Notes: generated by a model not told the origin, from the letters alone. 64,000 nt of DNA from Candidatus Marinacidobacterales bacterium (GCA_965224085.1 CBDCYI010000011.1:704001-768000); one strand, 5' to 3'. Positions 10,666 through 21,496 are shown, counted from the first letter of the stretch. Program-made: numbers and translations.

Positions 10666-12175
10666 CCCTAATTGAACAATAATTCATGACGCTAGCGCGA
10701 GTTCGATTCTTTCAAAGAGTGTCTGAGTGGAGGAGTTTGTGGCCATTCGGAGCGCGTTTCGACCACTAACGCGAACGAGGCGGCCGGCTTTGTTGATGAT
10801 GCGGAAGCGGATGGTGCGGATGGTGTGCAGCAGATGGGTGCATGTACGCTTTCGAGAGATGCCTTTCGTTTCGGCGATGGTGTCGAGCTGAAAGCTGCGA
10901 CACAGGTTGTGTGCGAGCACGTTCAACTGTTGCCAGGCGCTATTGGCGGCATAGCTTTTAGTGGGCACGACGTCGAGAGCGAACTGGCTGCGCAATTCGG
11001 CGAAGGTTTTCTCTTGGCCGCCTCGCCCAGCAGCGAAGTACCAAAGGCGTTGGACGGTGAGCGATTTGTTGGTGGCGACGGCTGAGTACTCGAAGTAGCC
11101 GTCGTCTGGAGAAAACAGGTCGAGCTGGAAGTTTTTCGGCGTTCGATGTCGAACTCGCTTCCGATAGGTCGCGATCCGGACGGTGATATTCCAGGGCTCG
11201 ATGAAGTGTTTGATGGAGAAGCCATCGATTTCGTCACTCACGCGGTGCCATCGCTTGCGCCCAGCGACGACCTCCTTTAGGCCGAGCCACGGCCAGAACG
11301 GAGCCTTGATCGCGAACTCGCTTCGGGAGCGCTCTAGCCTCTTGAGAATCTTTTCGTTGAAAAACGCGGCATCCGTGCGGAATTCCAGCTTTCGGGACCG
11401 ACCGAACTGGCCCCGTAGCTCGCCTATCAGCTCCCGTAGAAACGCATCGGCACCCTTGGAGTCGTGAACGTTGCCAGGACGATTTCTGGATTTGAGAATC
11501 TGGCCCGTCTGAGCCAGGTGAGCGAACAAAGGGTAGTAACTTTTATTCTTCTTGCGATGAGGATTGAATCCTCGAAACGCCCATCCAACCTGATTGCCTG
11601 CCTGAACCACGGTGCCGTCCATATCTACCGTCAGACGGTTCAGACCCAATCGCTCGATCTGCTCGTGGACCAATACACCGTTCAACTCCGATAGGCCCTT
11701 GAGCCGCTCTCCCGTGAATTGCTTCAGCCAATTCACGATCGTCGGACGGCTCGGTAGTCTTCTCAACCCACAGAAGCGAAGCAGCATCGGGTCATCACAG
11801 ACATACTGCAGGTGCTCTAGACGACGAGCTCCCACGAGCAGCATCCCAACCAACACCAGAACCAGTCGGACGCTCCCGTAGTCCGACCGAATGCCTTTTC
11901 CTCTGCACGCCTTTCCTACCCGGCGGCTTAGCTCAACCCGGCGCAAATATCGTGAAAACAGTTCCAGTCCACCAAACGAGCTCAGGTTCTGCTCTGTGAA
12001 CTCGATCGGAAGATCCTTGTTGAAGTTCCGGCGAAATCGAGATAGTTTCAAGCGCACTATAGGGGCCTCTGGTCGTTTGGGGTTTTGTTTGGAAGCAACG
12101 CTCCAAACATAAACCCAGAGGCTCCTTTGTCAATACTTTCGCGCTACTTTGCTCTCTTTTTTTTTGCGATTAGGG
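10666..12175 (-). mobile_element. IS1380-family insertion sequence with TTAG target-site duplication
   Basis: Ends CCCTAATTGAACAA (10666) and TTTTGCGATTAGGG (12175); TTAG at 10662-10665 and 12176-12179. Confidence 0.9.
10684..12057 (-). CDS. IS1380-family transposase
   Basis: 457 aa; LSSFGGL, VDMDGT, SYYPL, RPGNVH, RTDAAF and RGGQEK motifs. Confidence 0.93.
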   Translation of the reverse strand: MRLKLSRFRRNFNKDLPIEFTEQNLSSFGGLELFSRYLRRVELSRRVGKACRGKGIRSDYGSVRLVLVLVGMLLVGARRLEHLQYVCDDPMLLRFCGLRRLPSRPTIVNWLKQFTGERLKGLSELNGVLVHEQIERLGLNRLTVDMDGTVVQAGNQVGWAFRGFNPHRKKNKSYYPLFAHLAQTGQILKSRNRPGNVHDSKGADAFLRELIGELRGQFGRSRKLEFRTDAAFFNEKILKRLERSRSEFAIKAPFWPWLGLKEVVAGRKRWHRVSDEIDGFSIKHFIEPWNITVRIATYRKRVRHRTPKNFQLDLFSPDDGYFEYSAVATNKSLTVQRLWYFAAGRGGQEKTFAELRSQFALDVVPTKSYAANSAWQQLNVLAHNLCRSFQLDTIAETKGISRKRTCTHLLHTIRTIRFRIINKAGRLVRVSGRNALRMATNSSTQTLFERIELALAS

Positions 12176-12198
12176 TTAGTGTCTCTTCCGGGGATGGT

Positions 12199-12720
12199 CC
12201 GAAACCCCTCGCCTTTAGGCGAAGAGAAGATCGTGGTATTGTGGTCGCGTGCGTCACTACAGGCACGGAGCGCACACGAAAACGGACCTAAAAGCGCACA
12301 TCGTTTGGATACCGAAATATCGTAAAAAGGTTTTGATCGGTCCAGTAGCGGTTCGTGTGCGCGATCTGATTCGTCAGATCGCGATGGAACATGAGCTGCA
12401 CATAATCTCGGGTAAGGTTGCACGCGACCACGTCCACGTGTTCGTATCCTACCGACCACACCAGGACCTGAGTACGATCGTGCAGTGGCTAAAAGGAATA
12501 AGCTCCCGAGTACTCCTTCAGGAGTTTGCTCACCTGAGGAAGAAGTTTTGGGGCCGGCACTTCTGGGCCCGAGGATATCTGGCGGTGAGTTCAGGAAGCA
12601 TAACGGACGAGATGGTAAAGGAGTACATAGACTCCCAGGATGGCGAGCCTCTTCACGACGACAGTCAATTTCCAATTGACAGCCCTTGAAGCCACCGCCT
12701 TCTAGGCGGTGGTTGTTCAC
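12199..12720 (+). mobile_element. IS200/IS605-family element (TnpA only)
   Basis: Terminal hairpins CTCGCC-TTTA-GGCGAAG (~12208-12224) and CCACCGCC-TTCTA-GGCGGTGG (~12693-12712) flank tnpA; no tnpB; ends approximate. Confidence 0.8.
12249..12689 (+). CDS. tnpA: IS200/IS605 Y1 (HUH) transposase
   Basis: HIVWIPKYRK, DHVHV (HUH), FWARGY and catalytic YIDSQ. Confidence 0.93.
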   Translation: MRHYRHGAHTKTDLKAHIVWIPKYRKKVLIGPVAVRVRDLIRQIAMEHELHIISGKVARDHVHVFVSYRPHQDLSTIVQWLKGISSRVLLQEFAHLRKKFWGRHFWARGYLAVSSGSITDEMVKEYIDSQDGEPLHDDSQFPIDSP

Positions 12721-12761
12721 TTCCTCGTAGCTGCGAGCGTCTTTATTCTACAATCTCGGTC

Positions 12762-13859
12762 ATGGATACCGAACTGGAACGGCTGCGGGCGGAGCTCGAG
12801 GGCATCGACTCGCAGATCCTCGAGCTCGTCGCGGAGCGTGCGCGACTCGCCTCTGCGATCGGGAAAGTGAAACGCGACACCGGCCGCCCGACACGTGATT
12901 TCCGGCGGGAGCGCGACGTCATCGAACGGGCTCGGGCGACGGCCGACAAGCTCAAGCTGCCTTCTCGTATGGTCGAGGAGCTGATGCTGCTATTGATCCG
13001 CTCGGCGCTCGAAGTGCAGGAGAAACAAGAGCTTGTGACGTCGAAAAGCGGCTCGGGAAAGAGCGCTCTCGTGATTGGTGGCTCCGGCAAGATGGGACGC
13101 TGGTTCGTGCGATTTCTGACTTCTCAGGGTTTCGAAGTCGAGATCGCGGACCCGAGGCCGTTCGGAGGCGAGCTTCCGCAGGTACGGGAATGGCAGTCAT
13201 CCAATTTAGATCACGACGTCATCGTTCTCGCGACACCACTCGCGGCAACGGGAGCGATCCTCGGCGAGATGGCAAAGCGGCCGCCCCGTGGCCTCGTTTT
13301 CGACGTCGGCTCGCTCAAGAGCCCGCTTCGTGATGGGCTACTCGCGCTTGCGGGAGCGGGCGCACGGGTGACTTCGATCCATCCCATGTTCGGTCCCGAA
13401 ACGGAGCTCTTGTCGGGGCGCCACGTTATTTTCGTGGATGTCGGTGACGAGGAGGCGACGCGCGAGGCGCGAGAGCTCTTCGCCTCGACGATGGCGGCGC
13501 ACGTTGCGATGGACCTCGAGAGCCACGACCGTTCGATCGCTTACGTGCTCGGTCTTTCACACGCGCTCAACATTGCTTTCGTCACCGCGCTCGTCGAAAG
13601 CGGGGAGGCCGCGCCCGCGCTCGCGCGGCTTTCGAGCACGACTTTCAACGAGCAGCTCGCGGTAGCGCGGAAGGTTACGGAGGAGAGCCCCCGGCTCTAT
13701 TTTGAGATCCAGTCGCTCAACGATTACGGCTCGGAGGCTCTGGCTGCACTTGTCTACGCGGTCGAGCGTTTGCGCTCGACCGTTCTCGCTGGTGATGAAC
13801 AGGGTTTCGCGGCGCTGATGGAGAGAGGCCGGGATTATTTCGGCGCGCGCGACAGCTAG
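12762..13859 (+). CDS. tyrA: Bifunctional chorismate mutase / prephenate dehydrogenase
   Basis: N-terminal CM_2 (LRAELEGID...R...IGKVK); [20 protein letters not shown] and HD motifs. Confidence 0.88.
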   Translation: MDTELERLRAELEGIDSQILELVAERARLASAIGKVKRDTGRPTRDFRRERDVIERARATADKLKLPSRMVEELMLLLIRSALEVQEKQELVTSKSGSGKSALVIGGSGKMGRWFVRFLTSQGFEVEIADPRPFGGELPQVREWQSSNLDHDVIVLATPLAATGAILGEMAKRPPRGLVFDVGSLKSPLRDGLLALAGAGARVTSIHPMFGPETELLSGRHVIFVDVGDEEATREARELFASTMAAHVAMDLESHDRSIAYVLGLSHALNIAFVTALVESGEAAPALARLSSTTFNEQLAVARKVTEESPRLYFEIQSLNDYGSEALAALVYAVERLRSTVLAGDEQGFAALMERGRDYFGARDS

Positions 13860-13865
13860 ACTGCC

Positions 13866-15862
13866 CTAGTCCGCGGCCGTCTTCGAAGTGTCGGTGAAAC
13901 CATCGGGCTCATCCGCAGGCACCGCGAACTCTTCTTCGGGATCGGGATCGGTCTCCGGCTCAGGGGCGGGCGCGGCGGCTTCTTCTTTAGGTACGTCTTC
14001 TTCCGCTTCGGGGGTTTCTTTCTTGGGCGGGGATAACTCGCGGGCGCGCTCGGTCATTTCTGCGGCGCGCTCGTGCGCGCCTTGACGCTCGTATAGCGTC
14101 GCGAGCGATTCGAAATAGATGGCGGCTGTCTCGTTGAGCTCCGCGGCGCGAAGGAGCGACTCTTCGGCTTCTTTGATCCAGTTCTGGTTTTTCATGAGCC
14201 CGAGCCCGAGGAGGTGGTGATACTCGGCCACTTCGCTGTCGAGCTCGATCGCTTGCCGCGAAAGCTGAATGGCTTCCCAGAAATCAGTGACTTCGAAGGA
14301 TTCCTTTGCGCGGCTGAACAGCTCGTCCGCAAAGTCACGCCGCTTCATGCTTCCGGTCGCAGCAGGATCTTCTTCTTGCTTGGGAGGCGCGGGCTCGTGC
14401 TTACCGGAGACGGTGCCGAGCGCTTCGGTCAAGATGGCGCACACACGCGCGAGCTTCTTGCGGTCCGGCGCACTGATGCTGCCTTTTTGGGCATCGGGGT
14501 GGTAGCGCTGCACGAGCTCCAGATAAGCGTTCTTGACTTCAGCGCCGGGGGTACTGATGTCGATCCCGAGAAGCTCCGAGTAACGCTTCTCTTTTCCTAG
14601 GCGCAGTACCCGGTCGACTTCGAGAACGAACATCTCGTCGAGCTCGTGCACCGGCTCGGACGCGGCTTCGTCCTCGACGAAAACGAGAAGGCCTTTTTCG
14701 AAAAAGTCGACGAGTGTGCCAGCGGCCTCGGCTTCGGGAACCGCGCTGACCGTCATAATGTCACGCGCGCGCGAAACGCCGTCGATCCGCGATAGCACGT
14801 ACCCTTGTGTCGGCGTTAGCCTAAAGTCTTGAAGGTCGTCGGAGAGCGTGGCCGAAAAACGCAAGGGCCGGTCGTCCGCTTTCAGCGATTGAATTTCGTC
14901 CGCGCTCGCCTCTCTCGGCGGAGACTCGGGCTCGGCGTGGCGGGGGACGGGTGCGGCCGCCACCTTGGGCGTCTCCGATACCGGGACGGGAGCCATCGGT
15001 CGAGCGCCGAGACGAAGGCTCCGGCCGAAAAAAAACGCTCGTCGGGATCTTTGGCGAGCGTTCTTTCGAGAACCGCCGCGACCTCCGTTGGAAAGGTCCT
15101 CTCCTTCCACGCTTTCGCTTCGAACGGGTTGGAGTTGACGATGCTCAGGAGCACACCCGTAAGGCTTCCACCTCGAAACGGTTTTTCGCCGCAGGCGCAT
15201 TCATAGAGAACGCAGCCGAGCGAGAAGAGATCGCTGCGCGAATCGACTTCCTCACCCTTGGCCTGCTCGGGCGACATGTAGTCGGGCGTTCCTACGAGGC
15301 TTCCAGAGTGTGTGAGGTGCGTCGAGCCGTCGGCTTTGGCAATACCAAAATCTGTAATCCGCGCTTCGAACTCCGGGGTAATCATGATTTTCGCTGGCTT
15401 GATATCGCGATGGATGACTTTGTGCTCGTGCGCGTAGGCGAGGGCTTTGGCTACTTGCGTCACGATGTCGACGATTCTCGCGAGCCCGAGCTTCTGTGAT
15501 TCCATCACCTCTTGGAGCGTGGAGCCTTCGATGAACTCCATGACGATGAAGCCCGTTTCGGGGGTAAAGATGATGTCGTGAATCGTGACGATGTTCGGGT
15601 GATGGAGCTGCGCGGCCACCTGCGCTTCTCGGATGAAGCGTTTGTTGAGCGCTTTTCTCTGGTCCGGTTCGAGCGACGTATCGAGGCGGATGCTCTTGAT
15701 AGCGACAAATCGGTTGAGGAAGGTGTCCTGGGCTTTCAAGACAGAGCCGAACGCGCCCACGCCTAGTCGGCCTAGGATCTCGTAGCGGTCTCCCGGTACT
15801 TTTTCGAGCTCTGAAAGCGCGTCGATAGCACTCGGCTGACTTTGCTCGGTCGATGAGGTCAC
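13866..15862 (-). pseudogene. Ser/Thr kinase + J-domain + TPR protein, split by a frameshift near 15000
   Basis: Kinase frame (GVGAFG, VAIK, HRDIKPAK, DFG, YMSPE) ends in nonsense after ALDR; the second frame carries a Pro-rich linker, J-domain RYHPD and TPR repeats. May be a sequencing error or two genes. Confidence 0.65.
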
Positions 15863-16094
15863 TGGTCCGGTCCTGGATTGAAGTTCGCGAGGAGCACCCT
15901 GACCATCAATAGGCAAGATGCGTGCCGAACAGCTATCTTCCGAAAGTCTTCGCAAAGATAAGCACTTAGCTGTACTCCGCGCACGTGCTGGCGCGGGAAA
16001 ACCTCTACGCGTTTGGGGGGAAAGCCCCTCAGTGTGCCGAGGCTGCGCGCTTCAAAACTGAACGCGATACTGAAGATCAAAATCTGTCTTAAGG

Positions 16095-16581
16095 CACGCG
16101 GGATGCCGAGCGACGTGAAATAGTCGTCGGGGTTTCCTGTTTTGGGGGGGACGCCGAAATCGTCCGAGCCTTGAGGGCCGACGATTCGATGGCCGTCGAC
16201 GAGAATCTCGTTCCGCTTCGCTTCGCCGCCGAAGATGGGGTGGTTGTCGAGGATCAACGCGCGACCGGCAGGCTGGAGACGGCGGCAGTGATGGGCCGCA
16301 GAGAGACCGGCAATGCCGCCGCCCACGATCACGAGGTCGTAGCTTTCGCCGGTGTCAATAATATCGACCGAGCGTTCATCAAAAGCGCCTTCTCGCAATT
16401 GACGCGCGACCCGCAACACTTCAGGCGTGTTGCCGTGTGACGACGCGTAGTCACCGACGCCGCCGGGACCGTACCACGCTTCGCCGACGTCGAACGCGTA
16501 TTCCGTCGCGCCGCTCTCTTTAATGGGCGGCGTTTCGCTCGGGGTACCGCAGCTCGAGCTCGTTAGTGCGGCGCCGAGCAT
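16095..16581 (-). pseudogene. N-terminal fragment of FAD-dependent oxidoreductase (spermidine dehydrogenase-like)
   Basis: YDLVIVGGGIAGL and LDNHPIFGGEAKRNE; recognisable similarity stops after DDYFTSLGIPR. Confidence 0.7.
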
Positions 16582-16676
16582 GGCGGTGAGCCGTGGATGA
16601 AATTCCGGCGGGTGATTGGCTGGTTCTGATCAAGCTCGCGGTTGCGTTTGTTCGGCATGGTGAAATGGATGTTACA

Positions 16677-17240
16677 TCAGGGAAGTCGAAAGTCGACGTC
16701 TCCCGGGGTAGCCGAGAACGAACCGCTCACCTCGGCGCGCCGCCGCCGAAGCCCGAACAACGCGCGCGGGTTCCCCGTATAGCCTTCCACGACGAGATCA
16801 AAGCGGCCCTGTACGAGCTCGCTTCCGCTTTCGAGAATCTCGATCGTGCCTGCACCGGTGGAGCCGAGCAGCACAAGCTCCTGGGGATTCATGTCGAAAT
16901 AGAGGAGCACGAAATCCGAGTTCAGCTCGACGTCGTCATAGCCGCCGCTGCTATCGACCTTCGCCACCCCAACCTCATAGGCGCCGGGTTCGGGCATCGC
17001 CGTACCTCGACGCACGAGATAGGCGCCGCCGTCGACGGCTCCCGTGAGCAGGCCGATGATAAAAGCCGGCTCGCCATCGTAGAGTTTCTCGCCTTCTTCG
17101 AAACGGGATGCGCCGAGTTCGAACCCGGAGAGCCCCCCGCTTCTTCGAAATCGGAACTCGCCGATAGTCGCGAGCTCGCAGTCGTAGCCGGTTTGGAGGA
17201 GCGCGACGATGGTCAGAGTGAATGTAGTGAAGAGTTTCAT
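16677..17240 (-). CDS. Hypothetical exported protein
   Basis: 187 aa with signal-like N-terminus; GAGGT RBS upstream. Confidence 0.55.
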   Translation of the reverse strand: MKLFTTFTLTIVALLQTGYDCELATIGEFRFRRSGGLSGFELGASRFEEGEKLYDGEPAFIIGLLTGAVDGGAYLVRRGTAMPEPGAYEVGVAKVDSSGGYDDVELNSDFVLLYFDMNPQELVLLGSTGAGTIEILESGSELVQGRFDLVVEGYTGNPRALFGLRRRRAEVSGSFSATPGDVDFRLP

Positions 17241-17305
17241 TCGTGTTCGACCTCACCCTCCGTGCGGTGGCATGAATGGTAGTTGGAGACTAACATGCGT
17301 CCTGC

Positions 17306-17601
17306 GTGTACTGGAATAAACCCAGAGAAACCATCGGGCGGGAGGAGTTCGAGCGCTTGCAGCTCGAGCGTCTGCAGGCGCTCGTCCCCAGGCTTGCTGC
17401 GGACGTTCCCTTCTATCGAGAGTCGCTCGAGAATATCGGTCCCCCGCGCTCGCTCGAGGACCTCGCCTCGCTGCCGTTCACCACGAAGCAGACGCTTCGC
17501 GACCACTATCCTTTTGGCTTGCTTGCGGTCCCTCGCGAACGTATCGTCCGCGTACACGCGTCGAGCGGTACCACGGGTAAGCCCACGGTCGTCGCTTATA
17601 G
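17306..17601 (+). pseudogene. paaK: Phenylacetate--CoA ligase N-terminal fragment
   Basis: LQLERL, LPFTTK..LRDHYPFGL and RVHASSGTTGKPTVVAY, then abrupt loss of similarity. Confidence 0.85.
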
Positions 17602-17651
17602 TTGTCGAACGCGCTCATTGCGAAGCTCGGGGAGGAGCCAGGAGATGAACG

Positions 17652-18821
17652 ATGAATCCGATTGAAGCGCGACGGCGCTTTTTGAGATATCTGGCGGCGA
17701 GCCCCGCGCTCGTCTTGCCGCAATCGACGCTTCGCTATGCCGGGCTCGGGGATGGACCGATCACGGACCCCGAGCAGGCGATCGACGTCTTCGACTTCGA
17801 GGTGGTCGCCGAGAAGGCTCTGCCGCCAGCGCATTGGGGCTACTTGTCGACGGGAACCGACGACGACAACACGATCCGCGCCAATCGCGAGGGCTTCAAA
17901 CGCTACCAGCTCCGTCCGCGGCGGCTCATCGACGTGCGCAAGATCGACATGTCGACGACGCTTTTTGGTGAGACGTTTCCGTCTCCGATTGCCATCTCTC
18001 CGACGGGCCGCAATCAGGCCTTCCACGCGGAGGGCGAGCTCGCCGTCGCCCGGGCGGCGCGCGCCAAGAACCATTTGGAGATGCTCTCGACCGTCGCCTC
18101 GACGGGCGTCGAGGATGTCATCGAAGCGCGCGGCGCGCCGATCTGGTACCAACTTTATGCCAGCTACACCTGGGACATCACCGAAGCGCTCGTCAAACGC
18201 GCAGAAGCGGCTGGGTGTACCGCGATCGTGCTCACCGTCGATCTCCAAGGGGGAAGCAATCGCCAGACAAATAAGCGGTTGGCGAAGCTCGACGCACGCG
18301 AGTGCACGTTGTGCCACGAGCCGGAGTTCGAGGACTACATTCGAACGAAGCCGATGTTCGATGGGCTCGACGTTTCGCGCGCGGATAACTACGGCAGAAG
18401 CTTGACGTGGGACTGGCTGCGCCGCCTGCGCGACATCACGAGCGTGAAGCTCCTCATCAAAGGAATCGTCCGAGGCGACGACGCCGCGCTCGCAGTCGAG
18501 CACGGGATCGACGGAGTTATCGTGTCGAACCATGGCGGCCGCGCGGAAGCCAGTGGTCGTTCGACGATTGCGTGCCTACCTGAGGTCGTCGAGGCCGTGC
18601 ACGGAAGAATGGCCGTGCTGATCGATGGCGGCTTTCGCCATGGGGCGGACTTCTTCAAAGCGCTCGCCCTCGGTGCGGACGCGGTCTGCATCGGAAGGCC
18701 TTACCTCTGGGGGCTCGCGTCGTTTGGGCAAGCAGGTGTCGAAGCGGTGCTTACGATGCTGCGCGCCGAGCTCGAGATGGTAATGCGGCAGGCGGGCACC
18801 CTTCGTATCGACGCGACATAG
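17652..18821 (+). CDS. FMN-dependent alpha-hydroxy acid oxidase/dehydrogenase with Tat-like leader
   Basis: RRRFL leader; LTVD, IKGI, SNHGGR and DGGFR motifs. Confidence 0.9.
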   Translation: MNPIEARRRFLRYLAASPALVLPQSTLRYAGLGDGPITDPEQAIDVFDFEVVAEKALPPAHWGYLSTGTDDDNTIRANREGFKRYQLRPRRLIDVRKIDMSTTLFGETFPSPIAISPTGRNQAFHAEGELAVARAARAKNHLEMLSTVASTGVEDVIEARGAPIWYQLYASYTWDITEALVKRAEAAGCTAIVLTVDLQGGSNRQTNKRLAKLDARECTLCHEPEFEDYIRTKPMFDGLDVSRADNYGRSLTWDWLRRLRDITSVKLLIKGIVRGDDAALAVEHGIDGVIVSNHGGRAEASGRSTIACLPEVVEAVHGRMAVLIDGGFRHGADFFKALALGADAVCIGRPYLWGLASFGQAGVEAVLTMLRAELEMVMRQAGTLRIDAT

Positions 18822-18883
18822 ATGCCGACGATCGACCGGTCTTATTTAGCTACCGCCGACGGAGGGTGACGCATACGCGTGGA

Positions 18884-19303
18884 CTACCAGACAGCTTCGA
18901 TGCCTGCAGCATCGGCAATACTTGGATCTCGGGTCACGAGTGGCAGACCGAAGACAACAGCGGTTGCCGCAATGAGACGATCGCCATGCTCTTCGATAGC
19001 GTATAGCTCTTCCGCTTTGCGCACGACGTCCAAACAGAGATCGAGAGCGATGAAGTACGGTGACGACAGCAGCTTGTCACACCAAGTGGCAAATCCGCCT
19101 CGAAGCTCGATGACGCCACGGCGTGACGCTTCGGCTATCTCGACGAGCGCCATTGTCGGGACGTAGACCGCCCCGCCACCCGCTTCGGCTCTCTCGAAAT
19201 GTTTTTTTGCCTTTTTGCCGAGCTTCCGATGCCGTTTTGTTGCGTACCAGATCAATGCGTGGCTATCCGTGACCACCAACTCGGACGCTGAGCTAGAGCT
19301 CAT
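18884..19303 (-). CDS. PIN-domain (VapC-like) toxin
   Basis: VTDSHALIW, VEI, HGDRLIAATA and LVTRD acidic motifs. Confidence 0.88.
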   Translation of the reverse strand: MSSSSASELVVTDSHALIWYATKRHRKLGKKAKKHFERAEAGGGAVYVPTMALVEIAEASRRGVIELRGGFATWCDKLLSSPYFIALDLCLDVVRKAEELYAIEEHGDRLIAATAVVFGLPLVTRDPSIADAAGIEAVW

Positions 19304-19604
19304 CGGCCTTGGAGGATGAACGCGTAGCCTGGTCTTGCTTGACGCTGACGAGCGCTTGCTCTAGTTCGTCGTCCGCTAGCGGACTGCTCATGCTGCCCGC
19401 TAGCGTGAACGCGCTATCGGCCCGCTGCTCGGCGGCCGCCACGAGCGCTTCCAGATAACGCAATCGCCCCTCGGTGACGAGAGCTAGCCGCTCCTCCATG
19501 TCTCGGTGCTCGATGAAGACGACTCTCTGTGGCGAGCGGCGCAAATATCTGGCGAGCTCCGGCAACCGGGCTCGCGCTTCGGAGATGCTGATACTACGTG
19601 GCAT
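19293..19604 (-). CDS. Putative Phd/YefM-like antitoxin
   Basis: ISISEARARLPEL N-terminus; overlaps the downstream PIN gene. Confidence 0.75.
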   Translation of the reverse strand: MPRSISISEARARLPELARYLRRSPQRVVFIEHRDMEERLALVTEGRLRYLEALVAAAEQRADSAFTLAGSMSSPLADDELEQALVSVKQDQATRSSSKADEL

Positions 19605-19693
19605 GATGGGCCATTGTACAACATGTAGTACATATCCACAATCTCACACCGATGGGCTGCTCTAGGCGTGGTCGCCGCGCTGCCGCGGCGGCC

Positions 19694-20353
19694 TCAGCGT
19701 GACGGATCCTCTTCAGCCGCACGACCCGTCTCAGCGGCGTTCCAGAGCTTCCTGTACTCGGCCCGAACGCTCTCATCCAGGCGCTCGGCGAGCGAAAGCG
19801 GCAAGCGCAGATGGATAATGAGCTCCTGTACGTCTGCCAAATCTTTGAGTCGGTGGGGAGCGGTAAGTCCAGATGCAAGCTTGAGCTCGATCAACGTCTC
19901 GAGCTCGATGACCCAAAGATTCTCCTTTTTCACACGGGCTTCACCGGGGTCGGGAAAGACAACGGGTTTCCGCTTGCCATCGCCAGGGTAATCGCCGCTC
20001 GTCATGAACTCGACTTTGACCCGAGTACGAGTGTCCCAAAAAGTCTTCTTCGCGCCTTGAAAAGCCTGGAGATAACCCAAGCCAACGATCTTTTCTTGAA
20101 AATGGCGCAGCCCATCGGACGAAAGAAGAATGTCGACGTCTTCGGTGAAGCGGCGATAACCATGTGCAACCAAGGCCATCGCCCCGATCACGGCGTAGTC
20201 GAGTCCCTCGCGCTCGAGACGGGCGACGAGGTTTCGCAGCGTTTCGTAGACGTCTCCTTCTTTCATGAAGAAACGGCTCCCCTCACGATAGTCTTCCCAC
20301 AGGGACGAGCTGGTTGCTTTCATCACCATTATTATAGCGGTTATCAGCCGCAT
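19694..20353 (-). CDS. Putative nucleotidyltransferase-fold protein (start may be ~20323-20332)
   Basis: YAVIGAMAL..HG..RFTEDVDIL; LIELKLASG...KDLADV. Confidence 0.75.
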   Translation of the reverse strand: MRLITAIIMVMKATSSSLWEDYREGSRFFMKEGDVYETLRNLVARLEREGLDYAVIGAMALVAHGYRRFTEDVDILLSSDGLRHFQEKIVGLGYLQAFQGAKKTFWDTRTRVKVEFMTSGDYPGDGKRKPVVFPDPGEARVKKENLWVIELETLIELKLASGLTAPHRLKDLADVQELIIHLRLPLSLAERLDESVRAEYRKLWNAAETGRAAEEDPSR

Positions 20354-20510
20354 GCCCGTTCAACGGCGACGTCCGGGGCGTCGAAGCCTCACTTGCTGTC
20401 GAGCACTGCCATTAATGATTCTGAGATTGCGGTGTTCCGGATAGCGAGGGCTGGCTCTCTATTGCAAACAGCACCTTGCTTTCGTACATCGGCACTATCG
20501 AGAATCCCTA

Positions 20511-20738
20511 GTGCAGACGTTTCGAGCCATCGTGTTTTCCGTCGTCGTCACGCCATCGGCGACTGCGTGGGCGGACTGCACACCTCTCGCCGGGACAGAG
20601 CATGTCCTCGAGCCGGGTACCGTCGTTTTGCTTGGCGAGATACACGGCACCATCGAGGCACCGGAGGCGGTCTCCCGCCTCGCATATGTCGCTCTCGAGC
20701 AGGGACGCCGCGTGACGATTGGCCTCGACAACAACTAG
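20511..20738 (+). pseudogene. Probable N-terminal fragment of an exported protein
   Basis: Signal peptide and VVLLGEIHGT.E.P...VTIGL, ending abruptly at 75 aa. Confidence 0.45.
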
Positions 20739-20815
20739 TGGCCTTTAAGCGCGCGTTCGTGCGTCGGACCAGTTGCCGTCGGCGCCGCCGCTCGTTAGAA
20801 TTTCTCCTTTTGCGA

Positions 20816-21496
20816 ATGCCGTCGAAATCGAAACTTTGGGCCGTCGCTGCGATGGCAGTGGCGTTGGTCTGCATCTTTGTCGCGATGAAGATCGCCGACT
20901 ATGCCGGCGGGCTCGATCTCGTGAACGCGTGGACGAAGGACGTGGGCGTTTTGGGGATGGTTCTCTTTGCGCTCTTGAGCGGGATGTCGGTCGTCTTCTT
21001 TTTTCCAGGCTCCATCCTCATGACGGCGAGTGGCGCGGCGTTCGGGCTTCGGGACGGCTTCGTCGTGGCGCTCGTTGCGACGAGCGTGGGTGCAGCTCTT
21101 GCATTTCTCGCTTCGCGCTACCTCGCCCGCAAAAGAGTCGAAGAGTGGGTGGCCTCGAAGCCGCGTTTCGCAGCTGTAGACAACGCTATCGGCCACGAGG
21201 GCTGGAAAATCGTTGTCCTCACGCGCTGCTGCCCGCTCTTTCCATATATCTTCCAGAACTACGCCTACGGTCTCACGCGGGTCGGCTTCGGCCATTACGC
21301 TTTGGGCTCGCTGCTCGGGCTCATCCCCTCGACACTCGTCTTCGTTTACATGGGCTCGCTGGGCGCGGAAGCGGCGGTTGGCGCGACGAGTTCGCTCGAG
21401 CTCGGCCTCCGAGTACTTGGCTTTGTCGCGACAGTGGTCGTGAGCATCTACATCACGCGGATCTCGACGCGGGCTCTCGAGCAGGCCGGCCTTTGA
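20816..21496 (+). CDS. TVP38/TMEM64 (VTT/DedA) family membrane protein
   Basis: FFPGSILMTASGAAFG, LTRCCPLFPY and NYAYGLT motifs. Confidence 0.9.
   Translation: MPSKSKLWAVAAMAVALVCIFVAMKIADYAGGLDLVNAWTKDVGVLGMVLFALLSGMSVVFFFPGSILMTASGAAFGLRDGFVVALVATSVGAALAFLASRYLARKRVEEWVASKPRFAAVDNAIGHEGWKIVVLTRCCPLFPYIFQNYAYGLTRVGFGHYALGSLLGLIPSTLVFVYMGSLGAEAAVGATSSLELGLRVLGFVATVVVSIYITRISTRALEQAGL

Noticed and set aside
12689-12762. TnpB/IscB or omega-RNA associated with the IS200 tnpA
   Set aside because: The right-end hairpin follows the tnpA stop immediately, leaving no room for a second ORF
14882-15955. This kinase as the other half of the fragment at 60508
   Set aside because: It has its own N-terminus and Gly loop (GVGAFGSV) and lacks the target sequence
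19811-20815. Long N-terminal extension of the 561-aa ORF
   Set aside because: It is antisense to the NTase-fold gene and low in protein-like character; the recognisable VTT protein starts at 20816
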